DNA of 44,314 bases from a virus (taxonomy: Duplodnaviria > Caudoviricetes), in the IMG/VR virus record IMGVR_UViG_3300048852_000021, positions 1 through 44,314 of that record; one strand, 5' to 3'. The notes under the pieces were generated by a model that saw nothing but the letters and a program-made list of their open reading frames with translations, did not search any database and was not told the DNA's origin. The translations under genes and the position numbers were made by a program. Each line of letters starts with the position of its first letter. The first letter of the stretch is position 1. Below, piece by piece: positions 34,403-44,205 of this stretch.

Positions 34403-35113
34403 ATGTCCGACACCTTCACTCCCTTCCTGAACCTCACCAAGCCCGCGCTTGATGCGTCGCGCGATACGTGGGGGCAGAAGCTGAACGAGGATCTCGACAT
34501 CCTCGACAGCCACCTGTTGGCGCTCGACACCAACATCAACACGCGCATCGCGGTGGCGATTGCCGGCGCCTTGCCGGTTGGCATTGTCGTCATGTGGTCT
34601 GGCGCGGTGAACGCCGTGCCGGCGGGCTGGGCGCTTTGTGACGGCACGAACGGCACGCCGGATCTCCGTGACCGCTTCATCCTGGGCGCGCACCATGGCC
34701 GCGGGACGGGCGACATCAACGGCCAGTTCAGCTACACCGTGTCCACCTCCGTCGACGGCAACCACGCGCATACGGGTGCCACCGCAGGTCACGTTCTGAC
34801 CGAGGCGCAGATGCCGTCGCACCAGCATGGCGGCGTCACTGACATCCAGGGCGCGCACCAGCACCGCCTGCTGAACAACGTCATCGGTCAGCCTGCAGGA
34901 AGCATCGGTGGCGGTGCGCTGCCCTACGGCGCCATCGGACAGCCGCTCACCGACCTCCAGGGCGCGCACCAGCACGGCATCATCACTGACCACCGCGGAG
35001 GCGGCCAGGCGCACGCGCACGGCATCGCTGCTGACGGTTCCCATGGTCATCTGGTCGTCGTCCCGAACATCCCGCCCTACTACGCCCTCGCTTTCATCAA
35101 GAGGATCGCCTGA
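34403..35113 (+). CDS. Tail fibre with collar domain and His-x-His needle
   Basis: PVGIVVMWSG....PAGWALCDGTNGTPDLRDRFILGA; repeated HxH (TDIQGAHQH/TDLQGAHQH); PPYYALAFI. Confidence 0.9.
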   Translation: MSDTFTPFLNLTKPALDASRDTWGQKLNEDLDILDSHLLALDTNINTRIAVAIAGALPVGIVVMWSGAVNAVPAGWALCDGTNGTPDLRDRFILGAHHGRGTGDINGQFSYTVSTSVDGNHAHTGATAGHVLTEAQMPSHQHGGVTDIQGAHQHRLLNNVIGQPAGSIGGGALPYGAIGQPLTDLQGAHQHGIITDHRGGGQAHAHGIAADGSHGHLVVVPNIPPYYALAFIKRIA

Positions 35114-35421
35114 TGTCGGAAAGCCGGTGGCAGGTAGACAAACGCGTTCCCGTCGCGCTGGTCGTCACGCTGTTCGTGCAGACGGCGGGCGCCGTCTGGT
35201 GGGCCAGCGCGCTCGATAGACGCGTGTTCGAGGTCGAGCGGCGGGTGCTGGTGCTGGAGACGGCACAGACCAGCGCCAACGACGCTGCGCGCCAGGTGAA
35301 CGTCGTGCTTGCGCGGCTGGAGGAGCGCCTGGCCGCGCAGACCCGCACGCTGGAGCGGCTGGAGCGCCTGGCCGAGACGGCGGCCGGCGGACCTAGCCCC
35401 CGCCCTCTCGACTCACGCTGA
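35113..35421 (+). CDS. Holin-like TM/coiled-coil protein
   Basis: One TM (VPVALVVTLFVQTAGAVWW) plus coiled coil, just upstream of the endolysin. Confidence 0.55.
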   Translation: MSESRWQVDKRVPVALVVTLFVQTAGAVWWASALDRRVFEVERRVLVLETAQTSANDAARQVNVVLARLEERLAAQTRTLERLERLAETAAGGPSPRPLDSR

Positions 35422-35432
35422 CGGAGGAACCC

Positions 35433-35933
35433 ATGGAACCGGATCTGGCGCTGCGCCTCTTCATCGACCCCACCCTCGCCTGGCTCGACAGCATGGGTGT
35501 GCGCTCCACCGATCAGGCCCGCGCCATGCTGGTCGGCATCGCCCTGCAGGAGAGCAAGCTGCTGCACCGCTGCCAGGTGGTGAACGGGGGTGGGAGGGGG
35601 CCTGCCCGCGGCTTCTGGCAGTTTGAGCGGGGCGGGGGCGTGGCGGGCGTGCTGAAGCACGCCTCGACCGAGCGCCCGGCTGGCATCATTTGCGACGCGC
35701 TGTGCGTCCAGGCGACGCCGCAGGCCGTGTGGGAGGCGCTGGAGCAGAACGACATCCTGGCCTGCGCTTTCGCCAGGCTGCTGCTCTGGACCGATCCCCG
35801 CCCCCTGCCGCAGCTGCGGCAGATTGACGAGGCTTGGGCCTTCTACCTGCGCAACTGGCGTCCCGGTAAGCCGCACCCTGATGCGTGGGCGGCGAACTGG
35901 CAGGAAGCCGTGGCGACGGTGAACAGGGGCTGA
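35433..35933 (+). CDS. Endolysin, lysozyme-like fold
   Basis: IALQES...Q....GPARGFWQFERGGG...D.LACAFARLLL..DP.PLP...Y.RNWRPGKP. Confidence 0.8.
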   Translation: MEPDLALRLFIDPTLAWLDSMGVRSTDQARAMLVGIALQESKLLHRCQVVNGGGRGPARGFWQFERGGGVAGVLKHASTERPAGIICDALCVQATPQAVWEALEQNDILACAFARLLLWTDPRPLPQLRQIDEAWAFYLRNWRPGKPHPDAWAANWQEAVATVNRG

Positions 35934-35934
35934 C

Positions 35935-37464
35935 ATGGCACTGCAGGCGCTGCGTCTCCCTCCTGGCGTGGTCCGCTCCGGCACCGATGGATCGGTGCCG
36001 GGCCGCTACTGGGACGCGAATCTCGTCAGGTGGCGCAGCGGCGCCCTGCAGCCTGTCGGTGGGTGGCAGCGTGCCACCTCGACGCCGATGACCGCCGCCG
36101 CACGGCGCATGCACTGCTGGCGCCTGCTCGACGACCGCCGCCTGGTTGCCATCGGAACCGACACCACCCTGCTGATCAGCAGCAGCGGCGAGGTAACAGA
36201 CCACACACCCGCTGACTTCGTGCCGTTGCCAGGTGTGACCGGCGAAGGCGGCTATGGTACGGGCCGCTACAACATTTGGGACTATGACGCGCCCCGCCCT
36301 GCCGATGAGGTGGGCGTCAACCCGTATGCGCGCCAGCCTATCTGGACCTTCGACAGCTTTGGCCAGGATCTCATGGCCGTCGCCAGCAGCGATGGGCGCC
36401 TGCTGCACCTAGCTCCCGGTGAGGGCGGAGCGTTCCCTGCTGAAGCCGAGGTGATCGCAAACGCACCCATCGGTAACCGCGGCGTGCTGGTGACGGAGGA
36501 ACGGCATGTCATGCTGTTCGGCGCAGAGGGCAACCCGCGCCGCATCGCTTGGTGCTCGCGCGAGGACTACAACGACTGGAATTTCGCGGACCCAGATAAC
36601 TCCGCCGGCTTCTTTGATCTCAACACGCCCGGTGCCATCGTCAACTCGACGAAGGTTCGCGGCGGCATCCTGATCTGGACCGACAGCGAGCTGTGGCTGT
36701 GCCGCTATGTCGGCGCGCCGTTCTTCTATGGGTTCGAGCGCGTGGGCGAGTCCTGTGCGCTGCTGTCACCCTATGGCTTCGCGACCTTCGCTGGCACCGC
36801 TGTGTGGATGGGGCGCGAGGGCTTCTGGCGGTTCGACGGCGGTAGCGTCCGCACCCTGCCGTGCGACGTGGCAGACTTCGTGTTCCAGGGCCTCGATCCC
36901 GTCTATTCGGCCGGGCAGGCTTTCGGCGCGGCCAATGGCCTGTTCCCCGAAGTGTGGTTCTTCTATCCCGACAAGGCACACAACGGTACGCCAAACCGCT
37001 ATGTCGCCTTCTCGTATGAGGAAGGCTGGTGGACCATCGGCGCGCTGGAGCGCACCGCCATGCTGGAGGCCGGCGTGTTCCCCTACCCGCAGATGGGTGG
37101 GGCCGACCGTCATCTGTACCAGCATGAGGATGGGCTGACGGCGGCCGGAGCGACGCGTGTGGGCAGCGTGTGGGCCGAGACGGGCGCGCTGTCGCTGCCT
37201 CCCTCCGGCGACGGCATCTTGAATATCACCGCCGCGCAGATGGACAGCGGCAGCGGATATGACGCCACGCGCTTCCGGGCCTTCTGCAGGTTTACCCGCG
37301 AAGGCGCCGAGACGGAGACGCCGGTCTATCGGCCGAACGTCAGCGGCTACACCGACACCCGCTTTGCAGGACGCGACATCCGGCTGCGCATCGAGGCGGC
37401 GAAGGACACGCGCTGGACCATCGGCCAGATGCGGTTCGACGTGAAGGCGAGGGGGAAGAGATAG
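35935..37464 (+). CDS. Tail nozzle / DNA-stabilisation protein (P22 gp10-like beta-propeller)
   Basis: PPGVVR.GT, VRW....P.GGW, W.FD.FG, I.WC.RED..DW, EVWFFYP, RYV..Y....W..G.L.RTA. Confidence 0.85.
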   Translation: MALQALRLPPGVVRSGTDGSVPGRYWDANLVRWRSGALQPVGGWQRATSTPMTAAARRMHCWRLLDDRRLVAIGTDTTLLISSSGEVTDHTPADFVPLPGVTGEGGYGTGRYNIWDYDAPRPADEVGVNPYARQPIWTFDSFGQDLMAVASSDGRLLHLAPGEGGAFPAEAEVIANAPIGNRGVLVTEERHVMLFGAEGNPRRIAWCSREDYNDWNFADPDNSAGFFDLNTPGAIVNSTKVRGGILIWTDSELWLCRYVGAPFFYGFERVGESCALLSPYGFATFAGTAVWMGREGFWRFDGGSVRTLPCDVADFVFQGLDPVYSAGQAFGAANGLFPEVWFFYPDKAHNGTPNRYVAFSYEEGWWTIGALERTAMLEAGVFPYPQMGGADRHLYQHEDGLTAAGATRVGSVWAETGALSLPPSGDGILNITAAQMDSGSGYDATRFRAFCRFTREGAETETPVYRPNVSGYTDTRFAGRDIRLRIEAAKDTRWTIGQMRFDVKARGKR

Positions 37465-37680
37465 ATGCGCGTCCAGCTCCCCGATCCCGGCGAACGCTAC
37501 GATGGCCAGCTGCTGCGGCATCTGATGCAGGTGCTGCGGCGTGCGTTCAACAGCGCATTGTCCTCCGACGAGGCGGCCCCGCGCATGCTGCTGCGCTCGC
37601 CCGGCGGCAAGACGTTTCAGGTGACCGTCGACGACACGGGCACGCTGCAGGTGAGCCAGGTGAGCGGGGGAGGGGTGTGA
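37465..37680 (+). CDS. Small tail protein (needle-like)
   Basis: LP.P...YD...LRSPGG..F.VTVDD.G.L; directly after the nozzle gene. Confidence 0.65.
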   Translation: MRVQLPDPGERYDGQLLRHLMQVLRRAFNSALSSDEAAPRMLLRSPGGKTFQVTVDDTGTLQVSQVSGGGV

Positions 37681-38078
37681 CGTACCAGCTGGGCGATCTC
37701 CTCGAACGGGCCTTCGCGCCGCTCCGCGCAAAGATGGAGGCTGCGCTGGAGATCGGCGGCGGCACCCACGCGTTCGAGGATGTCATCGCCGCGGTGCGCG
37801 TCGGCAGGATGCAGGCCTTCTTTTCCCCCTCCGGCGAGAGTGTTGTGGTGACGGAGGTGCAAGCCTTCCCGCGCCTGCGGATGCTGCTGGTGTTCCTGGC
37901 CGCGGGCGATCTCCGCGATGCCAGCACGCTTCAGCAGATGCTCGTGGATTTCGCGAAAGAGCAGGGTTGCGCACGCATCCGCATGGAAGGGCGCGCTGGC
38001 TGGATTCGCTGGCTGCACAACGATGGATGGCGAAAGACCGGTGTTGTCGTGCATAAGGATCTCGGAGGTGAAGCATGA
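37677..38078 (+). CDS. GNAT-fold virion-assembly protein
   Basis: VVTEV..FPR...L.VFLA.GDL...FAK..GC..I...GR.GW.R.L...GW. Confidence 0.75.
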   Translation: MTYQLGDLLERAFAPLRAKMEAALEIGGGTHAFEDVIAAVRVGRMQAFFSPSGESVVVTEVQAFPRLRMLLVFLAAGDLRDASTLQQMLVDFAKEQGCARIRMEGRAGWIRWLHNDGWRKTGVVVHKDLGGEA

Positions 38079-39058
38079 GCGGTGGTGGCGGCGGCGGGGG
38101 TGATACGTCGACCCGTGTGATCCTGCCGGCTTGGCTGGAGCAGGCGGCGCGCGACAACACTGCCCGCGCTATCGGAATGGGTGATGAGCCTTACGAAGCC
38201 TATACCGGCGACCGCATTGCGGACATGACGCCCGACCAGCTGGCAGCGCAGCAGGCTGTGCGCGACATGCAGGGCCAGACCGGCGGGGCCCTCACAGGCC
38301 TGGCTGGCACTGCTGCAGGGATGGCGGGCTTCACGCCCGACCAGATCACAGCGGGCACGGTGGCCGGCACGGATCTCAGCGCGTACATGGACCCGTATCT
38401 GCAGCAGGTGGAGCAGGGTGCGCTGTCCGCGCTCGACAGCCAGCGGCGCCAGGCGCAGCTGGCAAACGGCGACGCGGCGATCAGCGCGGGCGCGTTCGGC
38501 GGCTCCCGCCATGGCGTCCGTGAGGCTGTGACAGACGCCGAGGCCGCGGAAGCGGCAGGGCGTCTCTCCGCCGGCCTGCGCAGCAATGCGTTCAACACTG
38601 CCCTGCAGACCGCGACGGGCGACATCAACCGCCAGCTCACCGCGGACACCGCGAACCAGCAGGCGGGCCTCGCCGGGCAGCAGGTGAACCTGGCGGCGCT
38701 GGGGCTCTCCGGGCAGCTCACCAACGACGCCCAGGCCGCCGGCATCCGTGACATCTCGCTGCTCGACACGGTCGGCGCACAGAACCAGCAGCAGAACCAG
38801 GCCGGGCTCGATGTGAACTATCAGAACTGGCTTGAGCAGCAGGGCTGGGACCGCGGCCAGGTGGAGTGGCTGCAGGCGATGATCGCCGGCACGCCGTATA
38901 GCGCCACTACAATCTCGCAGGGTGGCGGCACCAGCCGCAGCCCCGCGATGGGTGCGCTGGGTGGCGCTGCGAGCGGCGCGGCGATGGGCTCCATGTTCGG
39001 CCCTGTCGGCGCCGGCATCGGCTTGATCGGCGGCGGCCTGCTTGGCGCGTTCGGGTAA
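38075..39058 (+). CDS. DNA ejection/pilot protein 1
   Basis: MSGGGG, Y.G.RIA..TP.Q, YMDPY...V, GAFGGSR and a Gly/Ala hydrophobic C-terminus. Confidence 0.8.
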   Translation: MSGGGGGGGDTSTRVILPAWLEQAARDNTARAIGMGDEPYEAYTGDRIADMTPDQLAAQQAVRDMQGQTGGALTGLAGTAAGMAGFTPDQITAGTVAGTDLSAYMDPYLQQVEQGALSALDSQRRQAQLANGDAAISAGAFGGSRHGVREAVTDAEAAEAAGRLSAGLRSNAFNTALQTATGDINRQLTADTANQQAGLAGQQVNLAALGLSGQLTNDAQAAGIRDISLLDTVGAQNQQQNQAGLDVNYQNWLEQQGWDRGQVEWLQAMIAGTPYSATTISQGGGTSRSPAMGALGGAASGAAMGSMFGPVGAGIGLIGGGLLGAFG

Positions 39059-39070
39059 GGGAGAACCAGC

Positions 39071-39487
39071 ATGGTCATCGACCCGGCGATCCTGCAGATG
39101 CTGCTCGCACAGGGCGGTGGTGCTGTCCCTCCCGCCGGCATCGGCCTGCCGCAGGGCACGCCCGTGCCGCCGCCTGCCCAGGTGGTGCAGGAGCCGCTGC
39201 CGCCCGTCATGCCTGCCCCTACCGCCGCACCGCCCGTGCCGGGGACCGAAAAGGGCTGGGAGGACTACCTGACCGACCCGCGCCTGGCGCGTGGTCTGCA
39301 GGGGCTCTCGCGGTCGATGCAGCAGCCGCAGCAGCAGCGTCAGCACGCGCCGGCCGCACCCACGCAGATGCGGCCGATGGACCCGAACGCGATGGCGATG
39401 CAGCGCATGCAGATGGAGCAGCTGCGCAGGCAGCGCGCCATGACGCCGTTGAACCTGCCGCGGCTTGGGGGACTGCTCGATGGCTGA
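39071..39487 (+). CDS. Pro/Gln-rich internal virion protein
   Basis: Between ejection genes; ends GGLLDG*. Confidence 0.65.
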   Translation: MVIDPAILQMLLAQGGGAVPPAGIGLPQGTPVPPPAQVVQEPLPPVMPAPTAAPPVPGTEKGWEDYLTDPRLARGLQGLSRSMQQPQQQRQHAPAAPTQMRPMDPNAMAMQRMQMEQLRRQRAMTPLNLPRLGGLLDG

Positions 39488-41351
39488 AGGCCTGCTCGAC
39501 GGCGCCTGGGGTGCCTGGTCTGATTTCTGGAGCCCGACCAGCACGCCGGAGGGGGCGCAGTATGACCCCGAGGCGCTGCGCCAGGCGCGCATCGCGATGA
39601 TCAGCAGCCTGGGTGCGAACCTGCTGGGCGCATCGCAGGGCGGGCTTCACCCTGGCCAGCGTGCGCAGTTTCTGGCCGGCGCTGCATCGGCGCCGATGAC
39701 CTATCAGGACTCCCTGCGGAGCGGCGCCCAGGACACCCTGCGGCGCGAGCTGACGCGGGCGCAGGTTGCGAACCTGCGTGGCAACGCAGCTTCCCGTGCG
39801 GCCTGGCAGCGGCTCCTCCTGGGCGACATGGCGCCCATGGGTGGCGGAGGCCCCGGTGTGGCCGCGCCTGGCGGCGGGCCGGTGCCGGGCGACCAGGCGC
39901 CCCTGGTGCGCGCCCTGCAGAACCTCCGCGGGCCGGAGAGCGGCGGCAACCCTGCCGCCATGAACCCGCTGGGCTTCTCCGGCGTGTACCAGATGGGCAG
40001 CGCGCTCGCGCACGACGCAGGGCTTTACCAGCCCGCCGAGGGCGAGCCGGTGGTGGGGCCCGATGGGCGCGCGGCGAACCAGTGGCGCGGCAGTTGGCGC
40101 ATCCCCGGCTTCCAGCCGATGACGCATCAGCAGTTCCTGCAGAACCCCCAGGCGCAGGAGCGCGCTGCACGGCTGGCCATGGAGCTGAACTGGGGTCGCA
40201 TCCAGGGCAGGGGGCTTGACCGCTACGTCGGCCAGACCGTGGGCGGCGTGCAGGTGACGCCGGAGGCGCTGCTGCAGGCTGCCTGGATGGGCGGCGTCGA
40301 CGGCGCACAGGCGTGGGTTACCGGGCAGCAGAACAGGCGCGATCCGAATGGTGCAAGCGTTGGGCAGTGGGCAGCTCTTGGCGGTGGCGGCTCGTCGGCC
40401 TCCGCATCCGGTGCCTCCGCGGCGCCCTCCGCCTCGCCGCAGGGCAGCGCAAACCCCTTCAGCAACCTGACGCCGCAGCAGCGTGCGCTGCTCGCCACGC
40501 TGCCGCCGGAGCAGGGCGCCGCTGCGCTGTTCTCGCTCTCGACGCAGGAGCCGCGCCAGCCGCCCCGCCTGATGACGCCGGAGGAGCTGGCTGCCGCCGG
40601 CTTGCGGCCCGACGACCGTGTCGCCCTCTCGCGCGGCGGCATCTCCATGCTGCGGCCCGGCCGCGATCCGCGCGAGGATGCCCTGCAGGCCGATGAGCGC
40701 CGCTTCTCACGCACGTCGGATCTGCGCACCGAGTTCAGCCGCAACCCGGCGGTCGAGACGTTCCGCCAGGTGGCGCCGCAGGTTCAGGCGATCCGCCAGG
40801 CCGCGCCTGTCGGGAACCGCGCAGCCGACATCGACATCGTCTTTGCCTTCGCCAAGCTGCTCGACCCGAACAGCGTGGTGCGCGAGGGCGAGCAGATGAC
40901 GCTGATGCGGACGGGCGGGATCTGGGACACGGTGCAGGGGTGGGTCGGTCGCCTGAACGGTGGCCAGGCCCTGACGCCCGACGTGCGGCAGAACATCCTG
41001 CAGCAGGCCGAGAGCCGCTTCGCCACGTTCGAGCAGCCTTACCGCGAGACGGTGGAGCGGTATCGCGGCCTGGCGCAGCGGTACAGGCTCGATCCCGACG
41101 AGGTGGCCCCCGCCCTGCCGGCGGAGCCTCAGAGCCGCTTCTCACCCGCGGCCGAGCCGGCTGCGCCGCCCGCAGGTGGCGGTGGCGCCGGGGACGCGCA
41201 GCCCCTGCCGGATGTGCGCCTGACGCCGGAGCAGCGCGCCGCGCTGCCCGCCCGCCTGCAGGAGCGCGTGCGGGCCCGCACCATGACGCTGGAGCGGGCG
41301 CGCGAGGTTGCGCGCATGGCCGGCATCGACCCTGCGCTGATCGGAGAGTGA
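39480..41351 (+). CDS. Ejection protein with a lytic-transglycosylase-like domain
   Basis: ESGGNPAAMN..G.SG.YQ motif; D...F.K.LDP.SVVREGE motif; starts MAEGLLDG. Confidence 0.8.
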   Translation: MAEGLLDGAWGAWSDFWSPTSTPEGAQYDPEALRQARIAMISSLGANLLGASQGGLHPGQRAQFLAGAASAPMTYQDSLRSGAQDTLRRELTRAQVANLRGNAASRAAWQRLLLGDMAPMGGGGPGVAAPGGGPVPGDQAPLVRALQNLRGPESGGNPAAMNPLGFSGVYQMGSALAHDAGLYQPAEGEPVVGPDGRAANQWRGSWRIPGFQPMTHQQFLQNPQAQERAARLAMELNWGRIQGRGLDRYVGQTVGGVQVTPEALLQAAWMGGVDGAQAWVTGQQNRRDPNGASVGQWAALGGGGSSASASGASAAPSASPQGSANPFSNLTPQQRALLATLPPEQGAAALFSLSTQEPRQPPRLMTPEELAAAGLRPDDRVALSRGGISMLRPGRDPREDALQADERRFSRTSDLRTEFSRNPAVETFRQVAPQVQAIRQAAPVGNRAADIDIVFAFAKLLDPNSVVREGEQMTLMRTGGIWDTVQGWVGRLNGGQALTPDVRQNILQQAESRFATFEQPYRETVERYRGLAQRYRLDPDEVAPALPAEPQSRFSPAAEPAAPPAGGGGAGDAQPLPDVRLTPEQRAALPARLQERVRARTMTLERAREVARMAGIDPALIGE

Positions 41352-41352
41352 C

Positions 41353-43371
41353 ATGCCCGACGCCATCGACGCGCTGATCGACAGCCTGGCGGAGCGCGCA
41401 ACACGGCGGCAGCAGGCTGGCGGCGCGACGGTGCGCGGCGCGGCCGGGCCCGCCCTGCAGGGGCTCACCTTCGGCTTCGGTGATGAGCTGACCGCGGGTG
41501 TGCGCTCCCTCTTCGGGAGCAACTACGACGAGGCCCTGGGGCAGGAGCGCGCCGCCCTGGCCGACTACCGTGAACGCCATCCTGCGCTGGCTATGGGGGC
41601 GGAGGTGGCGGGCTCCCTGCCGACCCTGCTGATCCCCGGCCTGGGTGTCGCCGGCCAGGCTGCTGCGCGTGGCGCCCAGGTGGGCGGCGCAGCGATGCGG
41701 GCCCTGCGCGCGGGCGCGGCGGCGGGCGCCGCTGGCGGGGCGCTGCAGGGTTTCGGGGAAGGCGAGGGCGGCATCACCCAGCGCGCCATGGGCGCAGGCG
41801 TGGGCGGTGCCGTGGGTGGCGTCGCGGGTGGCGCAGGCGGTGCTGCGCTGGAAGGCGCCAGGGCCGCCGGCAGGGGCGCGCGGGAGTGGCTGCAGCGCGA
41901 GGCAGGGATGCAGCCGGGGCGCCAGGCTGCGGAGATGGCAGCGCGTGCCATCGAGCGCGACCGGCCGGATGGCGACATGGGCGCGGCACTCACCGACAGC
42001 ATCATCCGCCGCCGGGACCAGGCCACTGCAGGCATGCCCGACACGCCGGAGACGCTGGCCGAGGTGTCGGGCCCGAACGCCCTGACGCAGCTGGAGGCAC
42101 TGGCGCAGCAGCCGGGCGAGGCCATGACGCGCGTGACGCGCCAGATGACGGAGCGCGGCGAGGGCCGCATGAACAGGGTCGACCAGGCGCTGGTCGCGAC
42201 CTTCGGGGATGTGGATGCCGCCTATCGGCAGCAGCAGCGCCTGTTCGAGCGGCGCCGGCAGGAGGCTGCGCCGGCCTTTGCCGCCGCCCTCGACAATGGC
42301 ACCCCGCCCGATGCGGAAACGCTCCTCCTCCTGCAGCGTGTGCCGCCCGCGGCCTACCGCGACGCGCGGGAGATCGCCCGCATGCGCGAGGGGCAGGATC
42401 TGTCTTTCAACATCCGGGAGCGCGAGGATGGCGGGGTCGACTTCGATCAGGCCCCCAGCCTGCGGGACATCCATCGGGTGCTCGTCGGGCTCTCCGAATA
42501 CGTCACCAAGAACACCGACGACCATGGCCATCTGAACGGCCTGGCTGCCGCCGCGGTGAACCTGCGCGACCAGCTCCGCGGCCGGCTGGACCGGCTGACG
42601 GTCGACGACCAGGGACGCAGCCTCTACGCCGAGGCCCGCCGGCTGTGGGCGGAGCCGACGCAGCAGCTGGAGGCCCTGCAGATGGGCCAGCGGCTGTTCC
42701 GCGAGGCGCCGGAGCGCCTGCGCGAGACGGTGGGCGGCATGTCGGAGCCGGAGCGGTGGCGCTTCGTCGAGGGCGGCATGTCGGCGCTGCGCGACAGCCT
42801 GGGCCGCGTGCGGACCACGGGCAGCGCGAATCCGATCAACGCCATCGCCGGCAGCGCCAGGCAGCGCCAGGCGCTGCAGGTGTTGGCCGAGGCCGCGGGT
42901 CTGTCACCGGAGGATGCCGCCACGCGCTACCGGACCTTGGCGGGCTACCTGCAGGCCGAGAACGCCGGCCACCAGGCGGAGGGCCAGCTGCTGCGCAACA
43001 GCCGCACGGCTGCGCGCCAGGCTGCCATGGGCGACCTGGCGGCTGCAGGGGCGGGCGCCTCGATAGGCGGCGCGGCTGGCTACCTGGCGGGCGGCGATAC
43101 CAGCGCGGCCGGCATGGGTGCGCTTGCCGCAGGAGCGGGCGGGCGCTACCTCGCGCGGCGCGGCCGGGAGGCTGCTACGGATCGCTTGGCGGCGATGCTG
43201 GGGGCAACCGACCCGGCGGAGCAGCGCCAGGCCCTGCGCCTCCTGCAGGAGGCGCAGCAGCGTCTCCTGGCGGCCCGGCGTGGGCTGTCGCCCAACGTCG
43301 CCGCACGCGCTGGCCTGGCTGTTGGCGCGGGCCCCGGAGCCGACGAAATCCGGCGCGGCCTGCTCGACTAA
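41353..43371 (+). CDS. Large ejection protein
   Basis: QGLTFGFGDE, Gly/Ala-rich membrane segments, NSRTA.R; ends RGLLD*. Confidence 0.8.
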   Translation: MPDAIDALIDSLAERATRRQQAGGATVRGAAGPALQGLTFGFGDELTAGVRSLFGSNYDEALGQERAALADYRERHPALAMGAEVAGSLPTLLIPGLGVAGQAAARGAQVGGAAMRALRAGAAAGAAGGALQGFGEGEGGITQRAMGAGVGGAVGGVAGGAGGAALEGARAAGRGAREWLQREAGMQPGRQAAEMAARAIERDRPDGDMGAALTDSIIRRRDQATAGMPDTPETLAEVSGPNALTQLEALAQQPGEAMTRVTRQMTERGEGRMNRVDQALVATFGDVDAAYRQQQRLFERRRQEAAPAFAAALDNGTPPDAETLLLLQRVPPAAYRDAREIARMREGQDLSFNIREREDGGVDFDQAPSLRDIHRVLVGLSEYVTKNTDDHGHLNGLAAAAVNLRDQLRGRLDRLTVDDQGRSLYAEARRLWAEPTQQLEALQMGQRLFREAPERLRETVGGMSEPERWRFVEGGMSALRDSLGRVRTTGSANPINAIAGSARQRQALQVLAEAAGLSPEDAATRYRTLAGYLQAENAGHQAEGQLLRNSRTAARQAAMGDLAAAGAGASIGGAAGYLAGGDTSAAGMGALAAGAGGRYLARRGREAATDRLAAMLGATDPAEQRQALRLLQEAQQRLLAARRGLSPNVAARAGLAVGAGPGADEIRRGLLD

Positions 43372-43399
43372 CACCCGGCTCAGTGGCGAATTTGAGTAG

Positions 43400-43864
43400 C
43401 TATTTTAATCCCGCCTTACGGGCAATCTGCTGGCATTCGTCGGGGCCAAGAGTTTGCTGTGCCCAGTTAAAAATATGACGCCCCACCTCGTCGGACATAC
43501 TGCCAAGAACTTGGAGACGTGACATCAGCCAAGTCTCGAATAGGGTGGCGGAAGCCCAGTCAGGCTGCCCGAATGAGCTGCCTTTGCCCTCCGTCTCATG
43601 CTGCAAGCTGGCGAAGACGAAAGACTGCCTGCGCTTCGTGGTCTCTTCGAGCAGTCTCTGGTGGAACGGAATAAACCTACGCGAGGATGCAGAGTCAGGG
43701 TGCGCTAGAGAAGACGCGATGTCCCTCATTAGTCGGTCTGCTACACTGATTCGACCAAGCGGTTGCTGTACCATCAGAGCGTGTTCAATGAGGTGCACGT
43801 CCTCCACAATCGACGCAATCGCTTCGGAAGAGAGGGCCTTAGGGCGGTTCAGCCAGCCGAACAT
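43400..43864 (-). CDS. Moron, hypothetical protein
   Basis: Lower GC; MFGWLNRPK start; convergent with the late operon next to attR. Confidence 0.7.
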   Translation of the reverse strand: MFGWLNRPKALSSEAIASIVEDVHLIEHALMVQQPLGRISVADRLMRDIASSLAHPDSASSRRFIPFHQRLLEETTKRRQSFVFASLQHETEGKGSSFGQPDWASATLFETWLMSRLQVLGSMSDEVGRHIFNWAQQTLGPDECQQIARKAGLK

Positions 43865-44187
43865 ATGAATCCGTTCCGGGACACAGACGAAAGTACTCTG
43901 ACACCAGGGGCGTGGGTCTGCATAGGCCATTCGAGGTCGTCCAACACCCAGCTTGGGTGAGTTCTGGCCTGCGCGGCCAGTCCTGGGTGGGTTGAGGGTC
44001 GAAGAGGCTCAGGGATTCCTGGGCACCTGCTGATCGCCGCTCTTGCTTGCGCGCCAGGCTCAAGCCCTGACGCATCCGTCAATGTGACTTATACGTTTTT
44101 CGTACCCGGAGCCCCCGCGCAAACCGTGTTCTTGCGTGTCGTCCGCGGGTGCGATTTTCGCGATATGTCACGCAATTCCAAGCTTCC

Positions 44188-44205
44188 GGTTAACTCAAGG
44201 TCAAG
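44188..44205 (+). repeat. attR core GGTTAACTCAAGGTCAAG
   Basis: 17/18 identical to 244-261. Confidence 0.9.

Larger units (their letters stand above)
244..44205. mobile_element. Integrated temperate podovirus-like prophage, apparently intact
   Basis: Terminal direct repeat, tyrosine integrase, switch region, and full replication, packaging, head, short-tail, lysis and ejection modules; no tape measure or sheath gene seen. Confidence 0.95.

Noticed and set aside
34837-34975. ~28-bp direct repeat in the tail fibre as a shufflon or recombination site
   Set aside because: Explained by the repeated TDxQGAHQH needle motif; no invertase or alternative fibre tips present.
2747-42531. Many long alternative-frame ORFs (e.g. 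2747-4315 +, 13074-14948 -, 22280-23932 -, 33203-35050 -, 40735-42531 -)
   Set aside because: Shadow ORFs expected in high-GC DNA; they overlap motif-bearing genes and have Arg/Pro/Gly-rich, non-protein-like composition.
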